A program made the position numbers and the translations under genes. Below, one piece after another: positions 39,340-50,000 of a stretch of 64,000 nucleotides of DNA. A model generated the notes under the pieces. It did not search any database. It was not told where the DNA came from and saw only the letters and a program-made list of their open reading frames with translations. The DNA comes from Candidatus Poribacteria bacterium. GTDB taxonomy: Bacteria; Poribacteria; WGA-4E; PCPOR2b. The stretch lies in contig OZ220744.1 of assembly GCA_965116925.1 (NCBI GenBank), forward strand, positions 4,320,001-4,384,000, written 5' to 3'. Numbering within the stretch: the stretch's first letter is position 1; the number at the start of each line of letters is the position of its first letter.

Positions 39340-42300
39340 TTAGAAGTAAGAGCGTCCAAGTGAGTTTCCAACCCCGAAGGAGTCGTAAGGAACGCCAGCG
39401 GGCAGGGTGCGGAATCCCCACGTGTCTGTTGTGGCATCATAGCCAACTCCGACTGAAGCGGCGGGTTCTGCAATCAGGTTAATCTGAAAGGTGAAGTCTT
39501 GTCGTACATTATCGAAGGGAGGTTCTCGCTTAATCCCGATGCGGTGCCATCGAATCGTCATGTTCCAATTGTGCAAGTTTCGCCGTAGCATTATACTTTG
39601 CGAGTAGAACTGTTTTTCGATCCAGTCATAATTGACACTAAGGTTCAATTCAAGTAATTGGCTTGGACGAAATCGAAAGCTACCTGTGAGACTTCGAGAG
39701 GCGTATTGCGTCCTTTTGGTAAAGGAATTTCCGAACGATATATTCCATTTATCGCGGCGATAACTGACGTTGGACCGGAAACCAACCTGTTTGAGTCGTT
39801 TTCCATCGAGGCGCGATTCGTTCGGGTCATGTGTCGACCTGAACGTGATATTCAGGTTTCGGCTCGCTAGCGGAACTATCGTCATTCTACTTTCAATCGG
39901 TACATATCGACGTTCACCCAACGCCTCAAATTTGGTGAAATCCGCTGCGATTCGTGTGCTAAAATTAAGCACGCGGAGTGCAGATCTACTGCCACGGGTT
40001 TTAACCTCAATACTGGTATCGAAGTTATAGGCGAGGTTTTTTCGTTCAAAGAAGTAGACACTAGGACCAAAAGGATAGAGTTGGGGAGCATCTTCTCTGT
40101 CAACAGGCGGTGAGTAATCAAATGATACCCTTGAGTTGATTTGGTGGCGCATCCGACGCGCCCCCGGAATGAAACTGATGTCATAGATCCGAAACAGCAG
40201 GTTGCTGGCAGACAACCGCGTACTGTATATACCCCGAAAAATATTCGGATTTCCCTCTCGGTCTTTGTCATGCCAGATGAGGTTTGTGTCGAGATCCGCG
40301 TCGAAGCGCAATTCTCGATTCGGCATTATTTGCAGTACCGACTGCTTACGAAGATCAAAACCGAGATCCATGGTTTGCAAGTAGACATCCTCTTCGTCTC
40401 GAAACCGTTCACGGAAAAAATTACCGAGATTCACATCTAAGTCAAAACTGGTGCTCTCAAGTGTTGGAAAAGCGAACATCGAAAGAATTGGGAGATCTGT
40501 GTGCAGCGCATCAGCAACCTTGGTTAGCCTAGAATTAATAGTTTTGAAAACAGGCAGCCGATCTAAACGCATACGTGAGAGCGCAAGTTCGAGTACAGGT
40601 AATTTTTGCAAGTTTGTTGTTCCTTCGCCGGTGAAGTCTAAAGTATGATTAACCTGTAGTCGTCCCAAGAACTCCCCGATTGTCTTGCTTGAAAATCTTA
40701 GGTTTCCCTCCTCATCTCTATCTTCCTGATCCAGTGCAGAATAGGAGGTTCCCCATGTGAGCACACCAAAAGAATTAACCATAGATTCATTGATTCCAAA
40801 TCCCTCCTCTTCAAAATCTTTTGCTCGCCACGCGACACGTCCCACAAAACTCACGGGTCGTCGTTGCCTCACTCGGTTATCCCAAGGGGTATAGAAGGTG
40901 TGCCGGTGCCCCCACCGCATATTCCATCGTCTCCCAGTTTTGAATGGCTGTCGGCGATCGAAAGAAAATTCATCATTGGTATAGAAGTAAAAGTCTCCCC
41001 TATAAGTTCGTCTTTTATCGATCTTAATTAGACGATACCCTTTACGGGTCTTGATTATTCCGGTATGCTCACCGCTATAGAGTCGCTGGGCTTGTGTGTA
41101 GATTACGGTCGGCATCTCCCAGCGCCCCCGGTAATCGTATTGTTGGTAGATCTGCACCTTCTCCGATTCTTCTGAGGGATCTACCACTTCACCGTCCCCA
41201 ATTTGATCGGGGTTCAAAGGAATTTGTGCACTATCTTCTGGTGTGCCTATATGGCTCTGCGCTTCCATTCTTTCCTCGTGCCCATTTATCTCTTTATCAC
41301 CCTGTCCCTCCGTTCCTTCTTCCAACTGTTCAATTCCAGTTTCTTCTGTCGGTGCAGCTTTCCCGAATTGCGCTTCCATCACCGCCCACTCCGCTTCAAA
41401 TTGACGTGCAATTTCTTCAAAGGTCGGGGTCGGCTCCCTTTCGATTAACTCAAGGATATAGACGCCTCGCTCGGTATTTATGGGCCAGGTTACCTCTCCA
41501 GGGCCCTCTAGTCGGGTTACAGGGTGTTTCCAACGTCGATCCATTTCATTCAACAGAAACCCTGCGCCTTCATTGGCTTCAGACAGTTCAACTCCCTCAT
41601 ATTGCCCTACTAACTCTTGGAGAACCTCCCCTGCTTCTGCGCGCTCTTGAATTTCCTTAGCGGTGGTTTGGATTGCGTTACGGGTCTCCTCGCTTGGTTC
41701 AATTGCTATATCAATTCGACGGATCTGGAGTTCTCGTTCACCATATACATCAAGCACACGATCAACCATTAAAATGTGGAAACCAGATTCCGTTCTCAGA
41801 ATCGGCGTGATTTCGCCGGGTTCTAGTTGAAAGACTGCCTCTTCAAGGATAGGATCCAGCCGCAGTTCATCTTCCTCATCGCGCTCTCCGCGCACCAAAA
41901 ATCCCATGTCGCCCCCCTGATAGCGCGTGTCCTGATCGGTCGAGTCAGCTTTTGCAATCTCTGCAAAGTCCCCGTTTGCTTCCTGTAGTTGGGCATGGAT
42001 GTTTTCTACCTTTTCACGAGCAGCGGCGATATCTTCTTCAGAGATTTGATATTCCAGAAACAGTTGTCGCAGCTTATACCGGTCATACTCGCCCTCCAGC
42101 CGATCCGCTAACTCCTGTGCTTTTTCCTCTAGTTTCGTCCGTTCACTTGGCGTTGCATTGGGAGGAATAGGTACAATGATTTCTTGGAACTTGGCATCAT
42201 TTACACGGTATTTGCCGTCAGCACCGAGCCCACTTCCTCGACGAGCAGAATGATCAAACAGCAGGGCACTGTCATATCGAAATCGGCGTGCAAGTGGCAA

Positions 42301-43314
42301 AATTACGCTCAGGAATACCCCCTGATAGCTACTTGTTCCGATTTTGACGATTACCTTGGCGACTTTGTCTTCTTGGCGAAGATCGCGACGGTAGGCGGGA
42401 AAATAGAAGAGGGGAACACCACCAACTCTCAGAACAATATTCTTGGCGATCAACTCTCTGTTTATCCTGACGATAATCTGCGATGCACTGAAGTAATAAT
42501 GGGGATGCTTGAGAGAGCATGTTGTCAAAGCCCCACCCCGGATGTAAGACTCATCATCTTCAATCTTAAAGATTTCGGTGCCGCGGTAGTACCACGGGTC
42601 GCTGAAACTGAATCCCTCGCGAATAATTCCTTTTTTTGTTTCAATGTTGTAAAGGAGCTCGTTTGCATAGGTTTCTTCGTTTCCGACGAGAAGATGCACG
42701 TTTCCCGATGCCCGCATCATATTTTCATCGAAATCCGCCCAGATATGATCTGCGTAGAGCACAACCTCGTCGTATTTGATCAGTCCGTTGCCGTGAATCT
42801 GAATCAGGTTCTCGTGAAAGGTAAGATTGTCGCCTTTTGCAAGCAGGTCTCCTGCTTCAGGTAACATATTCTCTGGATCGAGTTTTCGACTGGCTTGGGT
42901 GGGTTCTTCAGGTGTAGGTGAACCTGCCGCTGGTGGGGTTTCTGACGTTTCTTCAGGAGGTTCTGTGGGTGGTTCTCCATCGTTGGGCACTTCGGGAGCA
43001 GGTGGATCTTCAGCTGTCGAAGTTTCTGATGACACCTCAGCCTGTTCGTCCGAAGCCGTTTGCTCGGCAGCGGGAGCAGGGTCGGTTTGGGCGGCTAATT
43101 CGCCCGCGGACAAAATTAAATTAAGCGTGAGAATCGTAGGTAATAGGAGATGAAGGGTAAAACGATATACCCAGGGAGCAAGACGTGAAACGTAAAGTAC
43201 GTCCCCCCAAAAACGATCAAGGGATCGGAAACAAGGTAGGTTGGGCAACCGGGGGTTTGATTTCTTCCCGTTGCCTACTGTTTTCTGCCAGTTCCGTTTT
43301 TCCCTCCTTGCCAT
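39340..43314 (-). CDS. lptD: LptD-like LPS-assembly protein with inserted parvulin (PpiC-type) domains; start uncertain
   Basis: OstA-like N-domain (LYADHI...ASGNV...TTCSLKHPHY...GGVPLFYFP), barrel C-terminus (LRRNLHNW...FTFQINL), internal rotamase motifs (DFAEIAK...GGDMG...GFHIL). Confidence 0.8.
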   Translation of the reverse strand: MARREKRNWQKTVGNGKKSNPRLPNLPCFRSLDRFWGDVLYVSRLAPWVYRFTLHLLLPTILTLNLILSAGELAAQTDPAPAAEQTASDEQAEVSSETSTAEDPPAPEVPNDGEPPTEPPEETSETPPAAGSPTPEEPTQASRKLDPENMLPEAGDLLAKGDNLTFHENLIQIHGNGLIKYDEVVLYADHIWADFDENMMRASGNVHLLVGNEETYANELLYNIETKKGIIREGFSFSDPWYYRGTEIFKIEDDESYIRGGALTTCSLKHPHYYFSASQIIVRINRELIAKNIVLRVGGVPLFYFPAYRRDLRQEDKVAKVIVKIGTSSYQGVFLSVILPLARRFRYDSALLFDHSARRGSGLGADGKYRVNDAKFQEIIVPIPPNATPSERTKLEEKAQELADRLEGEYDRYKLRQLFLEYQISEEDIAAAREKVENIHAQLQEANGDFAEIAKADSTDQDTRYQGGDMGFLVRGERDEEDELRLDPILEEAVFQLEPGEITPILRTESGFHILMVDRVLDVYGERELQIRRIDIAIEPSEETRNAIQTTAKEIQERAEAGEVLQELVGQYEGVELSEANEGAGFLLNEMDRRWKHPVTRLEGPGEVTWPINTERGVYILELIEREPTPTFEEIARQFEAEWAVMEAQFGKAAPTEETGIEQLEEGTEGQGDKEINGHEERMEAQSHIGTPEDSAQIPLNPDQIGDGEVVDPSEESEKVQIYQQYDYRGRWEMPTVIYTQAQRLYSGEHTGIIKTRKGYRLIKIDKRRTYRGDFYFYTNDEFSFDRRQPFKTGRRWNMRWGHRHTFYTPWDNRVRQRRPVSFVGRVAWRAKDFEEEGFGINESMVNSFGVLTWGTSYSALDQEDRDEEGNLRFSSKTIGEFLGRLQVNHTLDFTGEGTTNLQKLPVLELALSRMRLDRLPVFKTINSRLTKVADALHTDLPILSMFAFPTLESTSFDLDVNLGNFFRERFRDEEDVYLQTMDLGFDLRKQSVLQIMPNRELRFDADLDTNLIWHDKDREGNPNIFRGIYSTRLSASNLLFRIYDISFIPGARRMRHQINSRVSFDYSPPVDREDAPQLYPFGPSVYFFERKNLAYNFDTSIEVKTRGSRSALRVLNFSTRIAADFTKFEALGERRYVPIESRMTIVPLASRNLNITFRSTHDPNESRLDGKRLKQVGFRSNVSYRRDKWNISFGNSFTKRTQYASRSLTGSFRFRPSQLLELNLSVNYDWIEKQFYSQSIMLRRNLHNWNMTIRWHRIGIKREPPFDNVRQDFTFQINLIAEPAASVGVGYDATTDTWGFRTLPAGVPYDSFGVGNSLGRSYF

Positions 43315-43443
43315 ACTACCTTTCCTCTGCTACACTGCAAAATCGAGTCATCGAGAGCAGTAGAACTTATCCGAGAATCGCCTCCCTCTGCTTCAGTTTT
43401 CACTGTCAGTCAAGCGATTCTGATAGGAGGGTACAGCTTACTC

Positions 43444-44742
43444 CTATTTAAGTTCCTCTTTGATTTTTATAAAGGAATTTTCCTTGAGCAGATCCGTGTA
43501 AATTTGCCATTCCTCTTGGAATTTTTGCTGACGCAGCATCATCCGAATCTGGTCTTTTTCAGCGTCGCCCAATTCAGGAGCCGTGCGACTATCGATCTTG
43601 AAAATATGCACGCCATACGTTGTTTTAAGGGGCGTGCTATGTGCTCCGATGGAAAGTCCTTCGATAATTTTTCGGGTTTCGGGATTTAACTCGCTGAGCG
43701 AACGAATCCCGAGATCACCACTATTAGCTTTCGTCTGCGAATCGTCGGAGTATTGTTGTGCAAGCGCGTTGAAATCTTCACCTTGATTTAACCGCTGCAA
43801 GAGGCTATCTGCACGTTCATAAGCAGCTTCAATCGCTTGCTCACTCGGCTTCAAACTGACAACGAGATGACGAAACGCTATGGTCTGATCATCTTTACGT
43901 TCAACTTTGAAAAGGTAAAACCCATCATTGCCTTCAACCGGTTCACTGATCCCGCCGGTGTTGAGCCCTGAAAGTGTATTGCGGAAGGTAGCTGAAAGGT
44001 TGTCCATCTCTGCAATCGGCAGTTCGTTTAATGCCCCAATCCCTGCTTGTCTATACTCATCGTCAGCATAACGTTGCGCGAGTTCCTCAAAATTTTTTCC
44101 AGCCGCTAATTCCTGACGAATTGTATCGATCTTCTCAAGGGCTAGCTTGCGGTCTGACTCGCTTGGCTTGAAAGCGACGAAGATGTGTCGAAGATGGACT
44201 CTGTCTGTCTTAGTTGGCAATTGCGAGCGGTTTTCTTCAAAAAACTTCTGTATGTCCGAACCTCGAATTTGGAGTCTAGGGAGGATACGTTGCATGACAA
44301 GTCGTTCCGCCATCAGGTTACGTTTAGCTTGTTCACGGAAAGACATCAGGGTGTACCCCTCCTTTTTTAACGCTTGAGCAAGTTCCTCTTCAGTCTCAAT
44401 CTTGTACTGATCCTTGAAGTTTTGCATATACTGCTCCACTTCAGCCTCAGTGATTTCAATTTTTAGCGTTAATGCTGTTTCGACGAGAAGCATTTGGCGA
44501 ATCAACTGATCGAGGAGTGCAGCCCGTTCCTGTTCCGCCTTTTCCATCGCTTCGCGCTCACTGAACCGGTAGACTTGCTGCAGTTCTACTGCTTTTTGCT
44601 TCACAACACTGTCGAGCTCCCATTTGGTGATCACATCTTCGTTGACATAAGCGATGATCTGATCAAATCTTCGTGCAGCAACGGGATTGATTCCAAAATG
44701 AAGGATCAATAGAGCTAGGACGCAAAAACGCAATATCTTCAT
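43444..44742 (-). CDS. surA: SurA-like periplasmic chaperone with two parvulin domains
   Basis: SurA N-domain (DQIIAYVNEDVIT...LLDQLI) and two rotamase domains (LRHIFV...FEELAQRY; FNALAQQYSDD...GDLG...YGVHIFK). Confidence 0.85.
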   Translation of the reverse strand: MKILRFCVLALLILHFGINPVAARRFDQIIAYVNEDVITKWELDSVVKQKAVELQQVYRFSEREAMEKAEQERAALLDQLIRQMLLVETALTLKIEITEAEVEQYMQNFKDQYKIETEEELAQALKKEGYTLMSFREQAKRNLMAERLVMQRILPRLQIRGSDIQKFFEENRSQLPTKTDRVHLRHIFVAFKPSESDRKLALEKIDTIRQELAAGKNFEELAQRYADDEYRQAGIGALNELPIAEMDNLSATFRNTLSGLNTGGISEPVEGNDGFYLFKVERKDDQTIAFRHLVVSLKPSEQAIEAAYERADSLLQRLNQGEDFNALAQQYSDDSQTKANSGDLGIRSLSELNPETRKIIEGLSIGAHSTPLKTTYGVHIFKIDSRTAPELGDAEKDQIRMMLRQQKFQEEWQIYTDLLKENSFIKIKEELK

Positions 44743-44778
44743 TTAGAGGTATGCCTCCTTAATTCAAGGTTCGACGTT

Positions 44779-45822
44779 TTACGGTTCTGTTTCAGGTTCG
44801 GTGGGGGTGTCACCATCATCAGGCGATTCGCTTTCCCCTTCCGCTTCAGCAGGAGCGTCACCATCATCAGACGATTCGCTTCCCCCTTCCTCTTCGACCT
44901 CCTCCGGTGCATCGGGGATTCGATCTGAAAAGGTCTTGACCTTCGCCTGTTCGTGGAGTCGGATCAGCCAATCAGTCATAAGTTCTTCGCGTTTCTGATT
45001 CTCTACGTGTCTTTCCACATTGCGTCGTACACTTTGTTCTTCAAGCGTTTGTTGGCGTGCTGGCTGGGCTTCCTCCTTACGGAATATTAGGTAATAGTTT
45101 TCCCCGTCGAGTTCAATGTGGAGAATCTCTTCGTTCATTTGACCGACTTCCAGTTCAAACGCCGCATCGCTAAACGGTTTTGCGCGCCGCGAATACATCG
45201 TGTTATCGAAAAAGTCGGTGTCACCGGGGATTTCGTTATTTGATCCAGGACCGATTAATTCCCCGTTTGCGGATAATTCTGTAGCGAGGGCAGCGATGTC
45301 TTCCCCATCTTTAATTCGTTGAAAAATTTCTTTTGCTCGTTCCTCATTCATGAGGGTTATGCAGGTCAGCCGCACCTGTTCCAGCTCAACATAGTCTTCC
45401 TTATTTTCTTCATAATAAAGCTGGTAATCTTCCTCAGTTGGTTTAAGTTTCTGATCCACTTCGATATCTGTGATCTTATCAACGAGCAGTTCGTGGTAAT
45501 AGTCCTGCACTTTTTTAAGCACCGTAGGATCCTCGTCAAGTTTCCGATCCTTGGCGAGACAAAGTATGAGACGGCTTTCTGCCATTAGGTTCATGTATTC
45601 CTCATACCCGCCCTCTGCTTCTTGGTACTGTGGTTGTTTATACGAAGGGAGTTCACTTATCTCTTGTAGCATCTCCTCAAGCGTTATGTGGTGTTTTCCA
45701 TTCCATTCAAATTCAGCGATCACAGTGCCCTCAGCTCCGGCTTTTCCGCCACAACCATTCAACGAAACGCTAACAGCAACGGCACCAATTAAGATAAAGC
45801 TAATAATTCCCAATAATTTCAC
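44779..45822 (-). CDS. PrsA/PpiC-like peptidylprolyl isomerase, probable lipoprotein
   Basis: Lipobox-like LNGC, parvulin-like core, acidic tail with a 48-bp tandem duplication. Confidence 0.75.
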   Translation of the reverse strand: MKLLGIISFILIGAVAVSVSLNGCGGKAGAEGTVIAEFEWNGKHHITLEEMLQEISELPSYKQPQYQEAEGGYEEYMNLMAESRLILCLAKDRKLDEDPTVLKKVQDYYHELLVDKITDIEVDQKLKPTEEDYQLYYEENKEDYVELEQVRLTCITLMNEERAKEIFQRIKDGEDIAALATELSANGELIGPGSNNEIPGDTDFFDNTMYSRRAKPFSDAAFELEVGQMNEEILHIELDGENYYLIFRKEEAQPARQQTLEEQSVRRNVERHVENQKREELMTDWLIRLHEQAKVKTFSDRIPDAPEEVEEEGGSESSDDGDAPAEAEGESESPDDGDTPTEPETEP

Positions 45823-45926
45823 AGTAATACCTCCTTAAATTTTGTGTGATGTACAATTGTTCGACTGTTACAACCATTTCTCAGCGAATTTCTGAACGCG
45901 ATGACTCTAGCCTATGTTGTGTTCCC

Positions 45927-46889
45927 CTACTGCTCCGATTTCTCGTTTTCTGGATCTTCTTCCTCTTCGGGCATCACAGGTGGAGGGAGCAGTTCTGGAT
46001 ACGTTTTGAGTTTGCCCTCGGCAGTAAGCATTTCCAACCATTTTAGGATACGCTTCCGCTTCATCTCACGTTTTAGGGGATACTCAAGCCTTGGCTTGAC
46101 CTCTTCAAAGGTCTGCTGGCGCTCTGGCTGATGTTCTTCCTTTCGGAAAATCATATAATAGGTATCTTCCTCAACGTCTTGTTCAAAAACCTCATCAGTC
46201 ATTTCGCCGACCTCCATTGCAAAAACCGCGTCAACGAATGCTTGGGCTCGTGCAGAAACGTCTCGGGCAAAGAAGCCTGTATCACCGGGATCTCCCGGAT
46301 TTGAACCAGGTCCTGTCAATACCCCTTTTTCCGAAAGTTCTTTTACTGCATCAAAGATGTCCTTACCGGCTTGAATCTCCTCCAGTGTGGTCTGTGCGAG
46401 TTCTTTATCGAATACCGTGATGCAGGTTGCCCGCACTTTTTCCTCATCAACATACGTATCTTTATTTTCTTCGTAATACTGCCGAAGTGTTTCCTCGGTG
46501 ATGGCAATTTTTTCATCGACCTCAATTTCGGTCAAGCGTTCAACCATCAACTGATGCTTATAATCGTCCGCTTTTTTAAGGAACTCCTCATTTTTGTCGA
46601 ATCCTACCTCAGCAGCTGCGAGGAGCATTAGCCTTTGGTTGATGAGGTCTTCCAGAAATATGAGTTTACCAGCTTTGGACTGATAGCCCTTCTGTTTATA
46701 TTCTGATAGTGCTGCTATTTCCGCATTAAGTGTTGCAAGCGAAATTTCGTGTATGCCGTTCCATTCGTACCGCGCCACAATAATCTGGCTCTCATCCATT
46801 GGGCCGGCTACATCTTGCGATTGGACAATCTGCCAACTGCTTAAACCGATTGCCGCCGTCACGACGAAAATTATCAACTTTTTTTTCAT
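45927..46889 (-). CDS. PrsA/PpiC-like peptidylprolyl isomerase, paralog of the adjacent gene
   Basis: Signal peptide; shares EWNG, TCIT, GPGSN, PGDT and YYxIFRKEE with 44779-45822. Confidence 0.75.
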   Translation of the reverse strand: MKKKLIIFVVTAAIGLSSWQIVQSQDVAGPMDESQIIVARYEWNGIHEISLATLNAEIAALSEYKQKGYQSKAGKLIFLEDLINQRLMLLAAAEVGFDKNEEFLKKADDYKHQLMVERLTEIEVDEKIAITEETLRQYYEENKDTYVDEEKVRATCITVFDKELAQTTLEEIQAGKDIFDAVKELSEKGVLTGPGSNPGDPGDTGFFARDVSARAQAFVDAVFAMEVGEMTDEVFEQDVEEDTYYMIFRKEEHQPERQQTFEEVKPRLEYPLKREMKRKRILKWLEMLTAEGKLKTYPELLPPPVMPEEEEDPENEKSEQ

Positions 46890-47016
46890 TGGTGTATATC
46901 GTTCCTTTCAGATTGATAGGTAGATTGCAAAGACATCATCTTCGCAGTTAGTAATGTATTCGTACTGTTAAAGGATAAGTATGTCAAAAGCGCAGTTATG
47001 CAATACGCATCACGGT

Positions 47017-50000
47017 TCACATTAGTTTCCCTAAAACACGCTTGAGCTCAAACAAGAGAGCCTTTCCCTCCAATCCTTTCAAACGGATCGTCATACGTAC
47101 AGGGGGAGTAATTGAGATTCGCCGATCCTGCTCAATCAGCCGAATTAGCTTGCGGGGATCAAGGCTTGTTTTGGTTTCATCAAATGTGACCTTAATGCTT
47201 TCCTCGCCTGCGGCGATTCCATCAACCCCAAGCTGTTGACTGAGTTGTTTTAAGTCGGCTATTTCGAGGAGCATCTCAACAGGTTCGGGAATCTTGCCAT
47301 ACCGGTCGACCATCTCCTCTTCAAGTTCTTTCCGATCTACTACCGTTTCTAGGGCAGCGATCTTTTTATAAAGTGCGACCTTCTGCCTGCCGTCGGGGAC
47401 ATATTCATCAGGCAGATAGGCTTCAATGGGAAGGTTAATCCGGGTTTCGACCGTTTCTTCGACCTTCTCACCCTTGAGTTTTTGTACCGCTTCCTCAAGA
47501 AGTTTGCAGTACATGTCGTAACCCACGGCGATGATATGACCGTGCTGCTCTGAACCGAGAATATTGCCTGTTCCCCGAATTTCAAGGTCGCGGAGGGCAA
47601 TCTTAAACCCGGAACCGAGGTCAGTGAATTCTTCAATGACGCGTAGACGTTTTTGAGCACCTTCTGTAATTGCCCATCCTTGCGGGTAGAACAGATAGCC
47701 GTAAGCCTGATACTGATCGCGCCCGACTCGTCCGCGTAGCTGGTAAAGTTGGGCTAACCCAAACGCGTCTGCACGATTGATCAGAATCGTGTTGACGGTT
47801 GGAATATCTACGCCAGACTCAATAATCATGGTGCAAACCAGAACGTCATGTTTGTGGTTGACGAATTCCATCATCACTTTTTCGAGTTGACGTTCAGGCA
47901 TTTGCCCGTGTGCCATACAGACTCTAGCGTGCGGCACGAGATCTTGGATTGTGGCAGCAATGCTTGCGATACTCTGGACACGGTTGTGCACAAAAAAGAT
48001 CTGTCCACCCCGTTCCATCTCTCGCAAGATCGCATCTCGAACCACATCGGGATTATACTCCATGACGTAAGTTTCAATTGGCAGGCGATTTTCCGGGGGC
48101 GTATTGATTACGCTGAAGTCGCGGATGCCGACGAGGGACATATGAAGTGTACGCGGAATCGGTGTTGCTGTCAAGGTTAATACGTCAACCGTCTGCTTCA
48201 TCTGTTTAATCTTCTCTTTGTGCTTCACCCCGAAACGATGTTCCTCGTCAACGACGAGCAAACCGAGTTCCCGGAACTTAATATTTTTTGAGAGCAAGGC
48301 GTGGGTGCCGATAACGATATCAACTGTGCCATTTGCCAATCCCTCTACAACCCTTTTTGCTTCTTTATCCGTTCGGAAGCGATTCAACATTTCTACCTGA
48401 ACAGGAAAAGGGGCAAAACGCTGTTGGAATGTATTAAAATGTTGCAACGTGAGAATTGTTGTCGGGGCAAGCAGGGCGACCTGTTTTCCTGCCATCACCG
48501 ATTTGAACGCCGCACGGAGTGCTACTTCGGTCTTTCCGTATCCGACATCTCCGCAGATTAGCCGATCCATGGGTCGGAGGCGTTCCATGTCCTGTTTGAC
48601 CTCTTCGATTGCTTTCTGCTGGTCCGGAGTTTCTTCATAAGGGAACAGTACCTCAAACTCTTTCTGCCAAGGCGTATCTGTTGGGAAGGCATAACCCTCA
48701 CGAGATTCACGAATCGCATACAATTCCAGTAATTCCTCTGCCATCTGCTCTATGGAGGCTTTGGCTTTGGCTTTGACCCGTTCCCATGACGTTCCGCCGA
48801 GTTTGTCTAGACGTACCCTTCCCTCCTCTTGGCCGCCAATATACTTCTGCACGAAGTCAATTTGATAGGTCGGCACATATAACCTACCTGCGTCTGCATA
48901 GTCTAGTGCGAGGAAGTCCTGCGGTTTCCCATCAATGTCGAGGCGGCGAATCCCTGCGTAACGACCGATTCCGTGTGAGACATGCACCACATAATCCTTT
49001 TCCTTGAGGTCAATTAAACTCAGGATAGGAGTGCCTTCCTTAAAAGTGGTCTTGCGGTGCCGACGATGCTCGCGTCCAAACAACTCATCTTCAGATAGTG
49101 TGATGAGCTTGAGCGTTTCGCTGATAAATCCTTCGCTGATGCTACCAATATTCACTGCCGTCTGGGTTACAGGTAAATCCCTATCTGCTAAAATATCGTG
49201 TAGCCGATCTGTGCTCTTTAGGTTATCACAGAAGAAGTTGACGAAATAGCCCTCGTCGGTCCACCCTTTGATCTGATCCATAATCATCTGATAATTGCTG
49301 CGTGGAAGACCGAGCGGACGCATACCGAACGCAATCTCTTCAACCGGTTCCTCTGTATTGAGTGTTGGCGGAGTCAACGAGGTGCGAACGAAGGGACAGG
49401 TCTGCAAATCAGAGATTACCCGTTCAAACGACACAAACGTCTCATTGGGTGACACCATAAACTGATCAAATGCTAGTTTTCGTTCATAAAGATCTTTCGT
49501 ATTTTCAATAAGTTGAGTCGCCTCACGCGCCATCCAAGCAGACTCAATCATGAGAACCACAGTCTGCGGGGATAGATAATCCATGAGGGTACTACTATCT
49601 TCGTATAACATCGGAAGTAAGGCTTCTAGCCCTTCCGGATTTGTCTCTGTTTCGAGGCGGTGCGTAATCTCGTTGACTGCGTTTCGATACTTGGGCGATT
49701 CGTTGTTTTGAATCAGTGTTTCTGCTCGAATTTTCCATAGATTGAGGGTTTCGGGGGACAGGATGATTTCTCGAACTGGACACAGCGTAATTGCTTCGGT
49801 GTCGTCATCAATTCCATCGGGAACAGAGCGTTGTGAAGCCGGATCAAACAACCGAATAGCGTCGATTTCGTCGCCGAAGAACTCAATCCGGATGGGCGCA
49901 TCGGTAGTCAACGGGTAAACGTCGAGTATGTCACCACGACGCGCTAATTCGCCCTTGGCCTCTACGAGATCTACGTGCTGATAACCGTTGTGCAGCAGTT

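Noticed and set aside
44809..44890. 48-bp tandem duplication in the PPIase tail
   Set aside because: In-frame duplication in a disordered acidic tail; ordinary.
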